A stretch of DNA of 64,000 nucleotides from contig OZ242274.1 of assembly GCA_965207375.1 (NCBI GenBank), forward strand, positions 1,664,001 through 1,728,000. Direction: 5' to 3'. This stretch comes from Nitrosopumilaceae archaeon. Lineage in GTDB: Archaea; Thermoproteota; Nitrososphaeria; Nitrososphaerales; Nitrosopumilaceae. Below the pieces are notes generated by a model. That model was not told the DNA's origin and did no database searches. It saw nothing but the letters and a program-made list of their open reading frames with translations. Positions 38,781 through 49,808 of this stretch are shown here, one piece after another (positions within the stretch are counted from its first letter, which is position 1; each line of letters begins with the position of its first letter). Both the position numbers and the translations under genes were made by a program.

Positions 38781-39416
38781 TTAGCTGATAATGTCAGCAG
38801 AGTGTTCGTATTTGTCAAGTTTGTCAGTGATTTGTTTGATCAAAAGTTTTACTTCATCAAGATTGGAATCCTGTGATGTATCTGATTTAAAGTCTCTCTC
38901 GACGATGTCAAAGGTCTTTTCTATCATCTCAACTAGCATTGGATCCAAAAGGTTGATTGCCATTCCCAATACGGAACGCCCCTTTTGTACTATGTGTTTC
39001 AGATCGTCTTGTTTGGCCTGTGCAAGTATTTTCTTTGACTCATCCTTACTATTTGAAAACGTACTGATTATGCCCATGCATAGCAATATGGAGCCAAAAT
39101 TGTTTTTTAGAAACTGGATGACGTATGTTTCTTGTTTATGGCGGATCTCTGCTTGCTCCAAAATTATCTTAAACACATTTTTCCTGACGCCTTCTATTTT
39201 TTCATCATTTTTGGATGATAGATAATAAAACAAAACAGCAAGTCCTATTCCCATTAACATGTCTCCAAGCAACAGGCCTAGCCATCCAGAAAGATCGCAA
39301 TCAATGGTCAGATGAAATGGATCACAAGGCTCTATGATGCCCTGTACCAGAAATAGACCTATCCCAAATATTACCACTAGACCAATAAATAAAAATAATA
39401 ATGTATTTTTCATCAA
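38781..39416 (-). CDS. Membrane hypothetical protein
   Basis: Two N-terminal TM helices around a Cys pair; helical tail. Confidence 0.65.
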   Translation of the reverse strand: MMKNTLLFLFIGLVVIFGIGLFLVQGIIEPCDPFHLTIDCDLSGWLGLLLGDMLMGIGLAVLFYYLSSKNDEKIEGVRKNVFKIILEQAEIRHKQETYVIQFLKNNFGSILLCMGIISTFSNSKDESKKILAQAKQDDLKHIVQKGRSVLGMAINLLDPMLVEMIEKTFDIVERDFKSDTSQDSNLDEVKLLIKQITDKLDKYEHSADIIS

Positions 39417-39535
39417 AATCCTACATCTCGTACCTCTTTATAATTTTGAATATTCTTCAGGCACACACTCAGGTCGCCTCTGATTCTATGTCTATCTTTT
39501 GAACATACCTAAAATTTTCATACTTGAAAAATCTA

Positions 39536-41042
39536 GTAAGTGTTAACGTGGTTTTTACGTCTCTAGAGGTATTTTACCATCTCTTCTAGATAATTTAATC
39601 CAGCATTTCTCCACGTCATCACACATGAAAACAGATTGCCCAATGTCTCCATGCTTTTCTCAGATCTGATTCCACCTCGTATTTTTCTGTGTACGACAAT
39701 CTCACGCAGTGCACGTTCTGCTGCATTGTTGGTAGGAGGTATGGTAGGATCCAGCACAAACCTGAACAGGTTTGGGAGGGCTCGTCCCAGCTTTCCCATG
39801 AATCTTTTGAGATTGTGCAATGGAGTGTATGTATCAATAATCCTCTTTACACGACGATACAGATTGCGCCGTATTTTTTTGCGCCGTTTATACGAGATAC
39901 GTGCAGTTATGGTATCTTTTGCATCTTCATAGATTTTTTTGAGAGCCTCTAGTGCACCCAGACATTTTTTACATCCGCATTTTTGTGTCTCGTGATGCAT
40001 CTCACGCATGATGTGAGCCCAGCATCTTTGGATATCGTATACGATGTACGGTTTGTGTCCGTCACAGATGATTGTTCCCTTCCAGTCAGATCCCAATATC
40101 TCTTCTAGCACGTCTCTTCCCCTGCTAGGTCGTAGCACATACAGTGCAGTATTTGTACCTGGAATGTAAAATACCCACGCCCATACGTTTTTGCCGTTTA
40201 GGTGTATTGATGTCTCATCTATGTGTAACAGGACTGCAGCCCTGATTGCCTTTAGGAGTTGTTTTGTGGGTGCCGTTAGGCACGCACCAACCATTGTTAT
40301 TATGTTGTGTGCAGAAGCTGGAGATATTTTGATTCCCCTCAAGGTCAATGCTTCTGCGTTTCTGCGGTGGGGCAGTCTGTCGATATAATTTGCTACTGCC
40401 TGTGTCACTATATTGTTGCCATAATTGCCTTTTGTAGGAAAATCAGTCTCTGGGATTATGTCTTTTTTGCCACAGTTTTTGCATGAGCACAAATCTACAT
40501 GATGACGTGTTGTTTCAGGTTGTACCTGTGGCGGTACTTCTGTAATGTCACGTATCTGTGTTTTGATAATTTTAAGATCTTTTGAGCCACACTCTGGACA
40601 TTTTGCTGGCGTGTGTTGTTTGAATTTTGTAGGTTTTGGCTTGTTTGTTGCACCTGCGTGTCCCTTTGGTGCTCCTCGCTCACCTGCTGTTTTCTTGTTT
40701 TTATCCTTGTTTTTATTCTCAGTTTTTTTCTTTTCTGGCATCTTGCGTGATGGTGGAGTATGTGCGTTATCATAAAATTGGAGTCTCTTATTAAGATCAG
40801 TTGTAATAATTTTCAAATTGTGTATGTCATTTTGTTGTTCTTTTACTGTATCTTTTAGTTTTTTTTCGTTGTCATGTTTTATCTCTATTATCTGTTCGAG
40901 TTTTAGATTCTTAATTCGTTCGGCTTTGTAGAGTTTTTTGTAATCTGGCAATGTATGGTTTGACTATTTGACCTCATTTAGATCATGTTGCCAAAAATTT
41001 GATCGTAAATGGTCAAAATCTAGGCACAACGTAAACACTTAC
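39536..41042 (-). mobile_element. Complete single-ORF IS66-family element
   Basis: TIR GTAAGTGTT(A/T)ACGT; 8-bp TSD AAAATCTA (39528..39535 and 41043..41050). Confidence 0.92.
39563..40951 (-). CDS. IS66-family transposase
   Basis: Coiled coil, Zn ribbon, HIDET, ICDG, QRCWAHIMRE and PTNNAAERALR motifs. Confidence 0.95.
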   Translation of the reverse strand: MPDYKKLYKAERIKNLKLEQIIEIKHDNEKKLKDTVKEQQNDIHNLKIITTDLNKRLQFYDNAHTPPSRKMPEKKKTENKNKDKNKKTAGERGAPKGHAGATNKPKPTKFKQHTPAKCPECGSKDLKIIKTQIRDITEVPPQVQPETTRHHVDLCSCKNCGKKDIIPETDFPTKGNYGNNIVTQAVANYIDRLPHRRNAEALTLRGIKISPASAHNIITMVGACLTAPTKQLLKAIRAAVLLHIDETSIHLNGKNVWAWVFYIPGTNTALYVLRPSRGRDVLEEILGSDWKGTIICDGHKPYIVYDIQRCWAHIMREMHHETQKCGCKKCLGALEALKKIYEDAKDTITARISYKRRKKIRRNLYRRVKRIIDTYTPLHNLKRFMGKLGRALPNLFRFVLDPTIPPTNNAAERALREIVVHRKIRGGIRSEKSMETLGNLFSCVMTWRNAGLNYLEEMVKYL

Positions 41043-41281
41043 AAAATCTACGACCTGAAGGTGCACGGAGTTTGAACCAAAAGACTGGACTAGACCAGTA
41101 TGTAAAAGGCACAAAGTCTCAGTCAAGGCTTTGATGCTGGAAAAATACTATAACTGTTAGTTTCATGACCTCACCAAAATTTGTAATTTCCTCTTTATAG
41201 GTTATATAAGAATATATTTTGATTTACGGCATGCTTGCCAAAATAATAATACTTATATTCATTTTTTCCAACAGATCGTCC

Positions 41282-43356
41282 ATGAAGACGTTACACTTTA
41301 CAGTTACCCCCCCCCCGTTAACTATATCATATTCTTGACAGTTGTTGCAAGTGCATCTTTACTATTATTAGGTAACATACAAGCAGTAGAAGCTGCACCT
41401 CATGGGCTAGAGTTTATGGCACCTCATACGCCTGATGCTAACAACAACATTGACATATATCTTACAGAAGGTGAGCAGGGAGTCCGCATTTACTTTAATT
41501 TGGATAGGGCCCCAGACAAGCAAAACCCTGACGGCATATACACACCCCGTATTACTTTTCCACATATAGAAAATGGTGATCTAAACAGAATATCCTGTTA
41601 TGAAGGAATAGGTGAAGGGAATCGTCCATCTGAATATACAGATCCTAGCACAGGCAATCCATACGGCTCACTTCATGAAAACGATCATATTGCTGGATGT
41701 GAGGGAACCAACAAATACCATTATGAGTTTCATGGAGGCAATTGGAACGTACCACAATACCTATACCTAAAAGCAGGTCATGATAATGACGCTGATGATC
41801 ATACGTTAACAGTGACTTTTGAGTCACATCATCCTTTTAACAAAATTGGTCACAGCCAAAAAACAATAACACTCAAAAACGGAATACAGTATGTTATTCC
41901 AGAAGTAAGGGGCGGCCCAGGTAATTACCACTGGTTAACCAATGACTATACAATTACGGTCCACATAACAGATGATGATGCAGCAGATTATGTACAGCCA
42001 ACGCATTCAGCACATTTTCGATTGCTAGATTCTTATACTCCTGCAGTTGAGGGGTTCCCAACTGCTAATAACATACTTGCAGGCGTTGACCCGAATCCGA
42101 CTCCACAGCAGGTAGCAATAAATTATCATGTCAGTCAAATTGGAAATTATGTCGCAGATAATTTTATAGGTACTTTTACGACAAACGTAGGAGAAACCAG
42201 CGTTTTACACCAGATATTGACCAACAAAATCACACCAGGGGATCAGGGCGGCGGTGCTGTCATAATTCGTTTGCTTCCCAGTGATGCATATAGACTAACA
42301 GGAATAACTAGTCTTGTAATACCAATAATCGATAGTGAGCCTGGTGTTCCCATCCATGATGGTCTTAACGACTTTGATGGTATTATCGGCGGCGGTCTCA
42401 ACAGCGAACTACCACCAACACCACCGGAAATATACGTACCACCGATTAACCATACATCAAATATTGCCCAAGATATACCATACATTGTACCAGAATCTAT
42501 ACCAATACCTACAGCTGACCCAGAACTAATTGAAGATGTAAAGGCTTTAGCAAGTCAAGTACATCACGGTTTTAATCACGTTGATAGATGGAATAGAGTT
42601 TTGGCAGCATTTGGAGTGATACAACATGACAATCCTATGACTGCAGCAGAGGCTCAAGCAAATACAAAGAAATATTCTAGTCCACTATGGGTAAAAATTG
42701 CAAATATCTTACAAGAGCGTGAGGCTGCAATTGAACAGCAACAGCAACAGCAGCAAAATGCAACACAGAATATACCACAGGTGGAACCAATACCAGTACC
42801 TATACCAACACCCACAGTAGATCCGGACCTGATTGAAGATGTAAAGTATCTTGCAAGTCAAACCCATCACGGTCACCAACACGTTGACAGATGGAATAGG
42901 GTGCTAGCAACATTTGGAGTGATACAACATGACAATCCTATGACTGCAGCAGAGGCTCAAGCAAATACAAAGAAATATTCTAGTCCACTTTGGCCACAAA
43001 TTGCCAAAGTTTTGAAGCAATTAGAGGCAATACCAGTACCACAACAGCAGGTACAGCCAATCAATCAAACATCAGCTGTTGCTCAAGATACACCACAGGT
43101 TGATCCAGAACCTGAACCAGTACCAACACCTGCAATAGACCCAGAACTAATTGAAGATGTAAAGTACATGGCATCTATGACACATCACGGTCACCAACAC
43201 GTTGACAGATGGAATAAGGTCTTGGCAGGATTTGGATTGATGAATCATGACAATCCTATGACAGCTGCAGAGGCTGAGGCAAATAGCAAGAAATACTCTA
43301 GTCCATTATGGCCTAAAATTGCAGAAGTATTGAAACAATTAGAGAATGCAAATTAA
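41282..43356 (+). CDS. Secreted His-motif repeat protein, frameshifted at a C10 tract (in-frame part 41335..43356)
   Basis: ATG at 41282 plus one extra C gives a full signal peptide; beta-rich N-terminal region; three HHG-HVDRW repeats. Confidence 0.8.
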
Positions 43357-43376
43357 ACATCACACATATAATTGCG

Positions 43377-43467
43377 GTACAAACTCAGGTCGTAAATTTT
43401 TCAGGTATGAAAATTTCAGATATGTTCAAAAACTAGGTATAGAATCAGAGGCGACCTGAGTGGGTAC
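43377..43467. mobile_element. MITE family B (~91 bp)
   Basis: TIR GTAC..ACTCAGGTCG / CGACCTGAGT..GTAC; second copy at 39461. Confidence 0.75.
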
Positions 43468-43512
43468 TTCAGTATCGACAGGTTTTTGTATGCGATAGTG
43501 AAAAAATATCTT

Positions 43513-43692
43513 ATGAAGGTAACTTGGGATGAAAAGACATGTATTCATTCAGGAAAATGTGTACAGAGCCTCCCCTCAGTATTTACAAAGCAGAATGAAA
43601 AGTTTGTAATAATACAAGACGGAGCTCCAGAGGAACAGATAAGAGAGACGGTAAAAGCGTGTCCATCAAAGGCATTAAAAATAGAAGAATGA
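43513..43692 (+). CDS. Divergent 4Fe-4S mono-cluster ferredoxin-like protein
   Basis: CIHSGKC...LPSVF...CPSKAL. Confidence 0.85.
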   Translation: MKVTWDEKTCIHSGKCVQSLPSVFTKQNEKFVIIQDGAPEEQIRETVKACPSKALKIEE

Positions 43693-43970
43693 AAACAATC
43701 TATTCATTTGCCACAACGTAAAGACAATCCTGTATATGTTGATTAGGACAAAGTATCAAAAGAGTAGGACGTCCATACACGACAGTTCACATAAAACACA
43801 TTACGCCAAATAACAAAGTCCTCAATACAGTAAATCCTGCAACATACAAAACACCTTACTGGAATTACACGTGTAAAAATATGACAATGTGCAACAGATT
43901 GAAAAAATCAACAAACTAGATAAAACTATGATACAATGTCTTTTAATCTGCCTACACATATTGTAAGATG

Positions 43971-44045
43971 GCAGTTGTGGTATAGTTGGTAGCATTCTGG
44001 CTTCCCAAGCCTGCGACCCGGGTTCAAATCCCGGCAACTGCACCA
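43971..44045 (+). tRNA. tRNA-Gly(CCC), with encoded CCA
   Basis: GCAGTTG/CAACTGC; loop TT-CCC-AA. Confidence 0.95.
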
Positions 44046-44107
44046 TCAGTGTAGAGAACCCGGAACCTTACAAGCAATGTTAATATACTTACGATCAAAA
44101 ATAATAT

Positions 44108-46150
44108 TTGCATTTGAACAACACAACATTGATGTTTACTATTTTACTGACTTTATCTATTGGCATAATTACACCTGCATTTGCAGATACTGCCATGTCT
44201 TCATCTGACTCTTCACCTGCAAAACAGATTGCCATGGGAGTAGAACCTGAAAATGTCGTGTGTTATGATGAACGCGTACTGTTGATCAAAAGCAATGATA
44301 CACCAATATGTGTAAAGCCCACATCCGTTGATAGATTTGTCTCCATGGGTTCAATGATAGTAGAGATGACAGATACAGTAGATGAAATGATGGAGGATAA
44401 TATGATGAAAGAAGAAGAAATGATGGAGGATGAAATGATGAAAGAAGAAGAAATGATGGAGGATGAAATGAATAAAGAGAAAATGACAGATGAGGTAAAG
44501 GCAGAAGAAAGTACGAGAGATGAAGAAACGATGGAGGATAATGAAAACATGAAGGATATGACAGAATCTGGGCCCCCAGTGTCAATGACTGTATTTACCG
44601 ACCGCTTTGCAGCAATGAAAGAGGAGGTAAAGGCAGCCACCGCCTTTGCAATTGACGCATATGATGAGAATGGAGAAGACGCATTAAAGGCAATAACAGA
44701 AGGTGCAAAAACATATGATTCTGAAATGCCATATGTGTTTGTAGTAGACTTTAAAACAATGAATATAGAGGCACATGGAGCCATGCAGGATCAAGTAGGC
44801 GCTATGGCCACCCCACTTGAAAGTGGAGGAAAAACATTTGAGGATATAAAATCAGAACTGGAAGAAAATAAAAGCACTTGGGTAAAATACATGTGGATAA
44901 ATCCAGACACAGGATACAACCAGACCAAAAAATCATATCTTGCATTACATGAAGGTCACATCTTTGGCAGCGGATTTTATCTAAGTGATTTAGAAGCAAA
45001 TATGATGCATGCAATGTGGATTGCTAGCAAGGCAGTGGAGATGTACGAAAATAACGGTACTGATGCATTTACCATGATAAACGAGTCAGCACAACAATAC
45101 ATGGCAGAGGATTTGTATCAATTTGTCGGAGAAATTGAGACCCACAAGATAGTGGCACATGGATCAGATAAAGCCAAAGTTGGCGGCGAATCAATAATAT
45201 TATCAAGCAAGGCCAACAAACCACTTGAACAGATATTAGCAGAATCTAAGATGAACAATGGCACATGGATATCATATGTATTTGTCAACCCTGAAACAGA
45301 ACAGGAGGAAATAAAACTCTCATGGGTTACGGTTCGTGAAAATTACCTATTTGGCGCAGGATTCTATCCTGACCAATATCTTACCAGCAAAATAAACGCA
45401 ATGATGTCCACAGACATGGCACTTGCAATGTATGCAGCAAATGGTACAGATGCCTTTGCAGATATAACTGCACTAGATATCGATGATGAATGGTACCCAT
45501 TTGTATTTGATGCAAAAACTGCACTAGAGTTAGCAGATGGCTCTATACTGAACAGGACAGGACAGACAATATGGAACCAATATGAGCTTAATGCTGCAAT
45601 AGGTGGCGTAAAAGACACACTTGATGCAGGACAGGGAGCATTTATCACATATGTATTTTTGAATCCAGAAACCGGAGAGCAGCAGGCCAAAAAATCATGG
45701 ATAGTCAAACATGACGGATACATATTTGGTGCAGGATTATACCTGACAGGCGAATGGGCATCCAAGGCTGAGGCAAAATGGTCAGTAAACACAACAATTG
45801 AAATGTACAAGGACGTAGGAGACGACATAATAAAGACAATAAACGCAATGAATAGCAATTATACCTCATATCCATTTATGCTAGATTCTGACCTTGTAGT
45901 GGTGGCAAATGGCGCAGATCAAAAGTTTGTAGGCCAAGATTTGTTTGAGCTAATTACACCAGACAAGAGTAAAGAGCAGATAAAAAATGAGCTTGCCAGT
46001 AAAAAGGCAAAGTCATGGATAAGCTACACCTTTGAGCACCCAGAGACAGGTGAGGATGCACAAAAAAGATCACTGCTCAAAATGCATGAAAAGTACGTAT
46101 TTGGAGCAGGGTACTATTCCCAAGATGACGATTCAATGAAGACAAAGTAA
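44108..46150 (+). CDS. Secreted protein with four tandem single-Cache-like domains
   Basis: Signal peptide; two-Cys SPAKQ...VVC...PICVKP motif; Glu/Met linker; four repeats of Y.FV.D...AHG...W..Y...NP.T....K.S......YIFG.G.Y. Confidence 0.8.
   Translation: MHLNNTTLMFTILLTLSIGIITPAFADTAMSSSDSSPAKQIAMGVEPENVVCYDERVLLIKSNDTPICVKPTSVDRFVSMGSMIVEMTDTVDEMMEDNMMKEEEMMEDEMMKEEEMMEDEMNKEKMTDEVKAEESTRDEETMEDNENMKDMTESGPPVSMTVFTDRFAAMKEEVKAATAFAIDAYDENGEDALKAITEGAKTYDSEMPYVFVVDFKTMNIEAHGAMQDQVGAMATPLESGGKTFEDIKSELEENKSTWVKYMWINPDTGYNQTKKSYLALHEGHIFGSGFYLSDLEANMMHAMWIASKAVEMYENNGTDAFTMINESAQQYMAEDLYQFVGEIETHKIVAHGSDKAKVGGESIILSSKANKPLEQILAESKMNNGTWISYVFVNPETEQEEIKLSWVTVRENYLFGAGFYPDQYLTSKINAMMSTDMALAMYAANGTDAFADITALDIDDEWYPFVFDAKTALELADGSILNRTGQTIWNQYELNAAIGGVKDTLDAGQGAFITYVFLNPETGEQQAKKSWIVKHDGYIFGAGLYLTGEWASKAEAKWSVNTTIEMYKDVGDDIIKTINAMNSNYTSYPFMLDSDLVVVANGADQKFVGQDLFELITPDKSKEQIKNELASKKAKSWISYTFEHPETGEDAQKRSLLKMHEKYVFGAGYYSQDDDSMKTK
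44384..44472 (+). repeat. 33-bp coding tandem repeat (MMKEEEMMEDE)
   Basis: atgatgaaagaagaagaaatgatggaggatgaa x2 plus a partial unit. Confidence 0.85.
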
Positions 46151-46217
46151 TTCAAGACTTACATTTTCCACACATCATACAGGCAATAGTCATAAGGGAA
46201 GGATTTCACATAACACC

Positions 46218-46667
46218 ATGGAGATTTCAAGACTGCAAAACAATGTAGAGCGATGGCTGGTTCATGAAAGCTACAAATTTTCTAATCTCAAAAACGATGC
46301 AAATCATTTTACAATTGCAATAAAACAGACAGGTTCTACCATGGACGGAGTAGAAATTTTCTGCCCAAGACAGCAAAATACAGTACTAGTAATTGGTGCC
46401 AGCATATTTTTGAAAAACAATCAGAATTCAAGATACCTAAAACTAAACGATACACAAAAGAAAAACTTTGAAAAAAGAATAGAGGATTACTGTTATTCTA
46501 TAAAGGCAATTGGCAATATACAACACACAGATGGAAAGCTAGCAGTTGGCGCATACATTGTACTAGATGATGAGAGCTCATTTAATCAACACGACTTTGC
46601 AGATGCACTAGACCAGGTCTCAGAGATGGGCGACAAGATAGACCGATTTTTGTTAAAGACGTTTTAA
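46218..46667 (+). CDS. Hypothetical protein (DUF2299-like)
   Basis: 149-aa ORF starting MEISRLQNNVERWLVHE. Confidence 0.6.
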   Translation: MEISRLQNNVERWLVHESYKFSNLKNDANHFTIAIKQTGSTMDGVEIFCPRQQNTVLVIGASIFLKNNQNSRYLKLNDTQKKNFEKRIEDYCYSIKAIGNIQHTDGKLAVGAYIVLDDESSFNQHDFADALDQVSEMGDKIDRFLLKTF

Positions 46668-46713
46668 GGTCATTTTTTGCAAGTCTCCCTTTTTGAAGGG
46701 TATCGTTTGAAAA

Positions 46714-47406
46714 CTAGCTAGTAACATATGGCTTTAATTTGGCAACAATTTTTTGCACATCCTTGTCATTTAACACATCAGCTCGGCCCCTGAGAAATTC
46801 GTTTATGTTGTGCAGATTAGCTGCAAAAACTAGGCGATACCTTGGATCATACTTTATGTTTCCCCTAATTGACAATACGACACTTGTAACTCTTGGAGTC
46901 TTTTGCCATGATTTTAGGACGTGCCAAAGTAGTCTACCTGCCCTACCTGCCTGCTCGTGTGGGCTGAAATAATTTTGCTGACGCACATAGCTGTCACTCC
47001 AGTTTTTTATCTCAATTGCATATACTCCTTTTTTACAAACCACTACAACGTCTATCTGTGCCGATTTTAGATTCTTTTTTCCACCATAGGAGATAAAGTA
47101 TGGCAGCATGATTCTTACCCCACACAATACATGATACTCGTCACTAAGATTGGATAATTTCTCAATTACGCTGTTTTCACCTTGGGCTCCTGCATGAAAT
47201 GGGGAATTTCTGTTTTTTTCAAACTTTTTGTATTGTCTTTTTAGTCTCCATTTTTGAAATTTTGCAACAAATCCTTTGGTTTCTGTCTTTAGTTTTTCTT
47301 GTATATCTATTTCGAGGCCATCAATATCTTGTATTTCTTTTACCGCCTTTGGATACAGATCAACTAGTTGCTTTTCGCTGTCGGCTCTGCCATAAATGAT
47401 TGCCAC
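46714..47406 (-). CDS. NERD-domain nuclease
   Basis: GAQGE, QIDVVVV.KKGVYAIEIKNW and SPHEQA motifs. Confidence 0.85.
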   Translation of the reverse strand: MAIIYGRADSEKQLVDLYPKAVKEIQDIDGLEIDIQEKLKTETKGFVAKFQKWRLKRQYKKFEKNRNSPFHAGAQGENSVIEKLSNLSDEYHVLCGVRIMLPYFISYGGKKNLKSAQIDVVVVCKKGVYAIEIKNWSDSYVRQQNYFSPHEQAGRAGRLLWHVLKSWQKTPRVTSVVLSIRGNIKYDPRYRLVFAANLHNINEFLRGRADVLNDKDVQKIVAKLKPYVTS

Positions 47407-47490
47407 AAATCAGATACAGTTCTGCTACAAATTAAGAATTTGTTGCACCTCATCACAGCAAACCTCTTTAACAATACGGCAGTATGTTAG

Positions 47491-49149
47491 TTGCTGAGTC
47501 TATTAGATAACTTTCCATCCAATATTCAAGTAAGAGACACTCAAAAAGAAATTCTAAATCAAATACAGGAAAAATTAAAGTCAGGATATCAGAAAATTTT
47601 ACTCTCAGCACCTACCGGTATCGGCAAGTCTGCTGTTGCCATGACCTTGGCAAAAAGCTTTGAAAAATCTTTTGTAATTACAGCATCAAAGCATCTTCAG
47701 GACCAATACTCTGAGGATTTTGAGGGACTTGTTCCAGTCAAGGGCAAACCCAATTTTCCGTGTTTTAAATCCATGGAGCAAAAAGGAATCGATCTGCAAG
47801 AATATGAAACAGCCTTTTGGCAAGGGTTGACATGTGAAAAAGGAGAATGCGAGGAGCATACAAGGGAGGGAAAGAAAAGATGTAAGTTCAAGCCGCACAT
47901 ACAAGACTATGAGGAAAAAATATTTGACGATATTATTTGTCCGTATTACGAACAAAAGTATTCTGCACTGCTTGCAAATCATTCAGTATGGAATTATTAC
48001 TCTTATTTTCAGATAATAAAGTATAACCGCAGAGCATATGGAAATTATCTAAATAGAAACATCTCTATTTTTGACGAGGCTCATGCAATTGAGGATAACA
48101 TCACACAGTTTATTGAAATTAAGATTCTAAAAAAGCACGTCAATGAATGCGGTATCAAAATCAAATACTATGATCTCTCAGATGTAGATGTCATAATCGG
48201 GTTGCTAGATGACATGGCAAAGTTTTATGCACACAAAATCAAAGAAATACAAGAGACAACCCATCCAGATTATAACATAATCAGACAATTAGACAGCAGT
48301 TATGAAAAATTTTCTAGGTCAAAGGCTGAGCTTTGCTCCAATCCGGAAAACTTTGTCATAAATGAGCCTGATTTTGAGAATGGCAAGTTCAAATCAGTCA
48401 CATTAAAGCCGCTTGACATTGCACCGTATGCAGATGCGTTTTTTGTTACACCGTTTCAAATTTTCATGTCTGCAACAATAGACCAAGATTCTTTTTGTCA
48501 GAACATGGGATTTTTGCCAGAGGAGACATCCATGATTGATACGCAGTGTTCCCCGTTTCCGTTGAAAAATCGCAAGGTAGAGTTTGTAAATACTGCAAGG
48601 CTGACATACAAAAGTCTGCCATCTGTTGAAAACAGAATATGGCTAAAAATTGACGAGATTTTATCCCTGCACAAAAACCAGAAAGGATTGATTCTTACCT
48701 CATCTATCTTACGATGTCAAAATATTGCAAAAAATCTCTCTTCAAAAAATCGCAACCGCATCAGAATATGTCACGCCAAAAATCCAAATGGAAAGACGCA
48801 AGATGACATCATAAAGGAGCATGCAGATTCTAAAGATGGTGTTTTGCTTTCCTCATCACTTTGGCAGGGCGTGGACCTAAAGGATGATTTGTCAAGATTT
48901 CAGATCATAGCAAAGGCTCCGTATCCAAACTATACTGAAAAGCATGTAGAGGCCAAAATGGAGAGATATCCGTTATGGTACACATCAAAAACAATAGCAA
49001 AGATACTACAGGGGTTTGGCCGTTCTGTAAGGAACAGTCAGGATTGGGCAGTAACCTATGTTTTGGATTCGGCAATAGAGCCTCTGATTTATAATTCAAA
49101 AAATTTGGTTCCCAAATCGTATCATGATATGTTTGGGTGGGATAATTAG
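47491..49149 (+). CDS. DinG/XPD-like SF2 helicase
   Basis: APTGIGKS, Fe-S Cys cluster, DEAH, MSAT, GVDL and QGFGRSVR motifs. Confidence 0.9.
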   Translation: MLSLLDNFPSNIQVRDTQKEILNQIQEKLKSGYQKILLSAPTGIGKSAVAMTLAKSFEKSFVITASKHLQDQYSEDFEGLVPVKGKPNFPCFKSMEQKGIDLQEYETAFWQGLTCEKGECEEHTREGKKRCKFKPHIQDYEEKIFDDIICPYYEQKYSALLANHSVWNYYSYFQIIKYNRRAYGNYLNRNISIFDEAHAIEDNITQFIEIKILKKHVNECGIKIKYYDLSDVDVIIGLLDDMAKFYAHKIKEIQETTHPDYNIIRQLDSSYEKFSRSKAELCSNPENFVINEPDFENGKFKSVTLKPLDIAPYADAFFVTPFQIFMSATIDQDSFCQNMGFLPEETSMIDTQCSPFPLKNRKVEFVNTARLTYKSLPSVENRIWLKIDEILSLHKNQKGLILTSSILRCQNIAKNLSSKNRNRIRICHAKNPNGKTQDDIIKEHADSKDGVLLSSSLWQGVDLKDDLSRFQIIAKAPYPNYTEKHVEAKMERYPLWYTSKTIAKILQGFGRSVRNSQDWAVTYVLDSAIEPLIYNSKNLVPKSYHDMFGWDN

Positions 49150-49272
49150 TATTTCTGACATTTTGATACTTGTAGGATTTTTGAGACGAGATAAAATGCA
49201 TGTGTGTTTTTGATAAATGTGTCAAAATCATTAGACATGCAGGATAAAACGGTGCCTTGTAATGGAATCGTA

Positions 49273-49668
49273 ATGAGAACATGGATAATAATACTCATAG
49301 CAGTAGTTGTTGTAGCCATAGCTGCACCTGCAGTTGCCATGTCTATTGCTGTAATGCCGTTTTTGGGCATCGCAGAAGATATTGACAAGGTCAACTCTAT
49401 AGATGTGCAAGATACAACAGATGATCTTATGGAACATCCTGCTGCAATAGCATACATGCAAAAACATCCAGAATATGACCAAGAGTTTAACAATTTTGGA
49501 GTTGGAGGCACTGAGCTATTACTGATGTCAGAAGGCGGACAGCTTACCTTGTCACAAGATACAGAAGGTAACAATGTCGAGGCAGTGTACATATGCTTTG
49601 GTTCTGACGGATCTTCGGATTCTGTAGAGGGTCCAAATGTGGCACAGAGCATAAACACAATGTGTTAA
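49273..49668 (+). CDS. Membrane-anchored/secreted acidic hypothetical protein
   Basis: Hydrophobic N-terminus; C-terminal Cys pair. Confidence 0.65.
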   Translation: MRTWIIILIAVVVVAIAAPAVAMSIAVMPFLGIAEDIDKVNSIDVQDTTDDLMEHPAAIAYMQKHPEYDQEFNNFGVGGTELLLMSEGGQLTLSQDTEGNNVEAVYICFGSDGSSDSVEGPNVAQSINTMC

Positions 49669-49726
49669 TTCTCAGTGTACTACATTCTTTTTTTTTGAAT
49701 CAATATCTGAAACTCGTACATTTACG

Positions 49727-49808
49727 GTACTTGTTCACCTTATACCTAATTTTTCAATCCTTACATCACCATCTGGACACAAATTAACTCTATTCCGTGA
49801 ACAAGTAC
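49727..49808. mobile_element. MITE family A (82 bp)
   Basis: Perfect 12-bp TIR GTACTTGTTCAC; perfect 8-bp TSD CATTTACG. Confidence 0.88.

Larger units (their letters stand above)
39461..41064. mobile_element. MITE family B copy interrupted by IS66
   Basis: 39461..39535 plus 41051..41064 reconstitute the reverse complement of 43377..43467. Confidence 0.75.
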
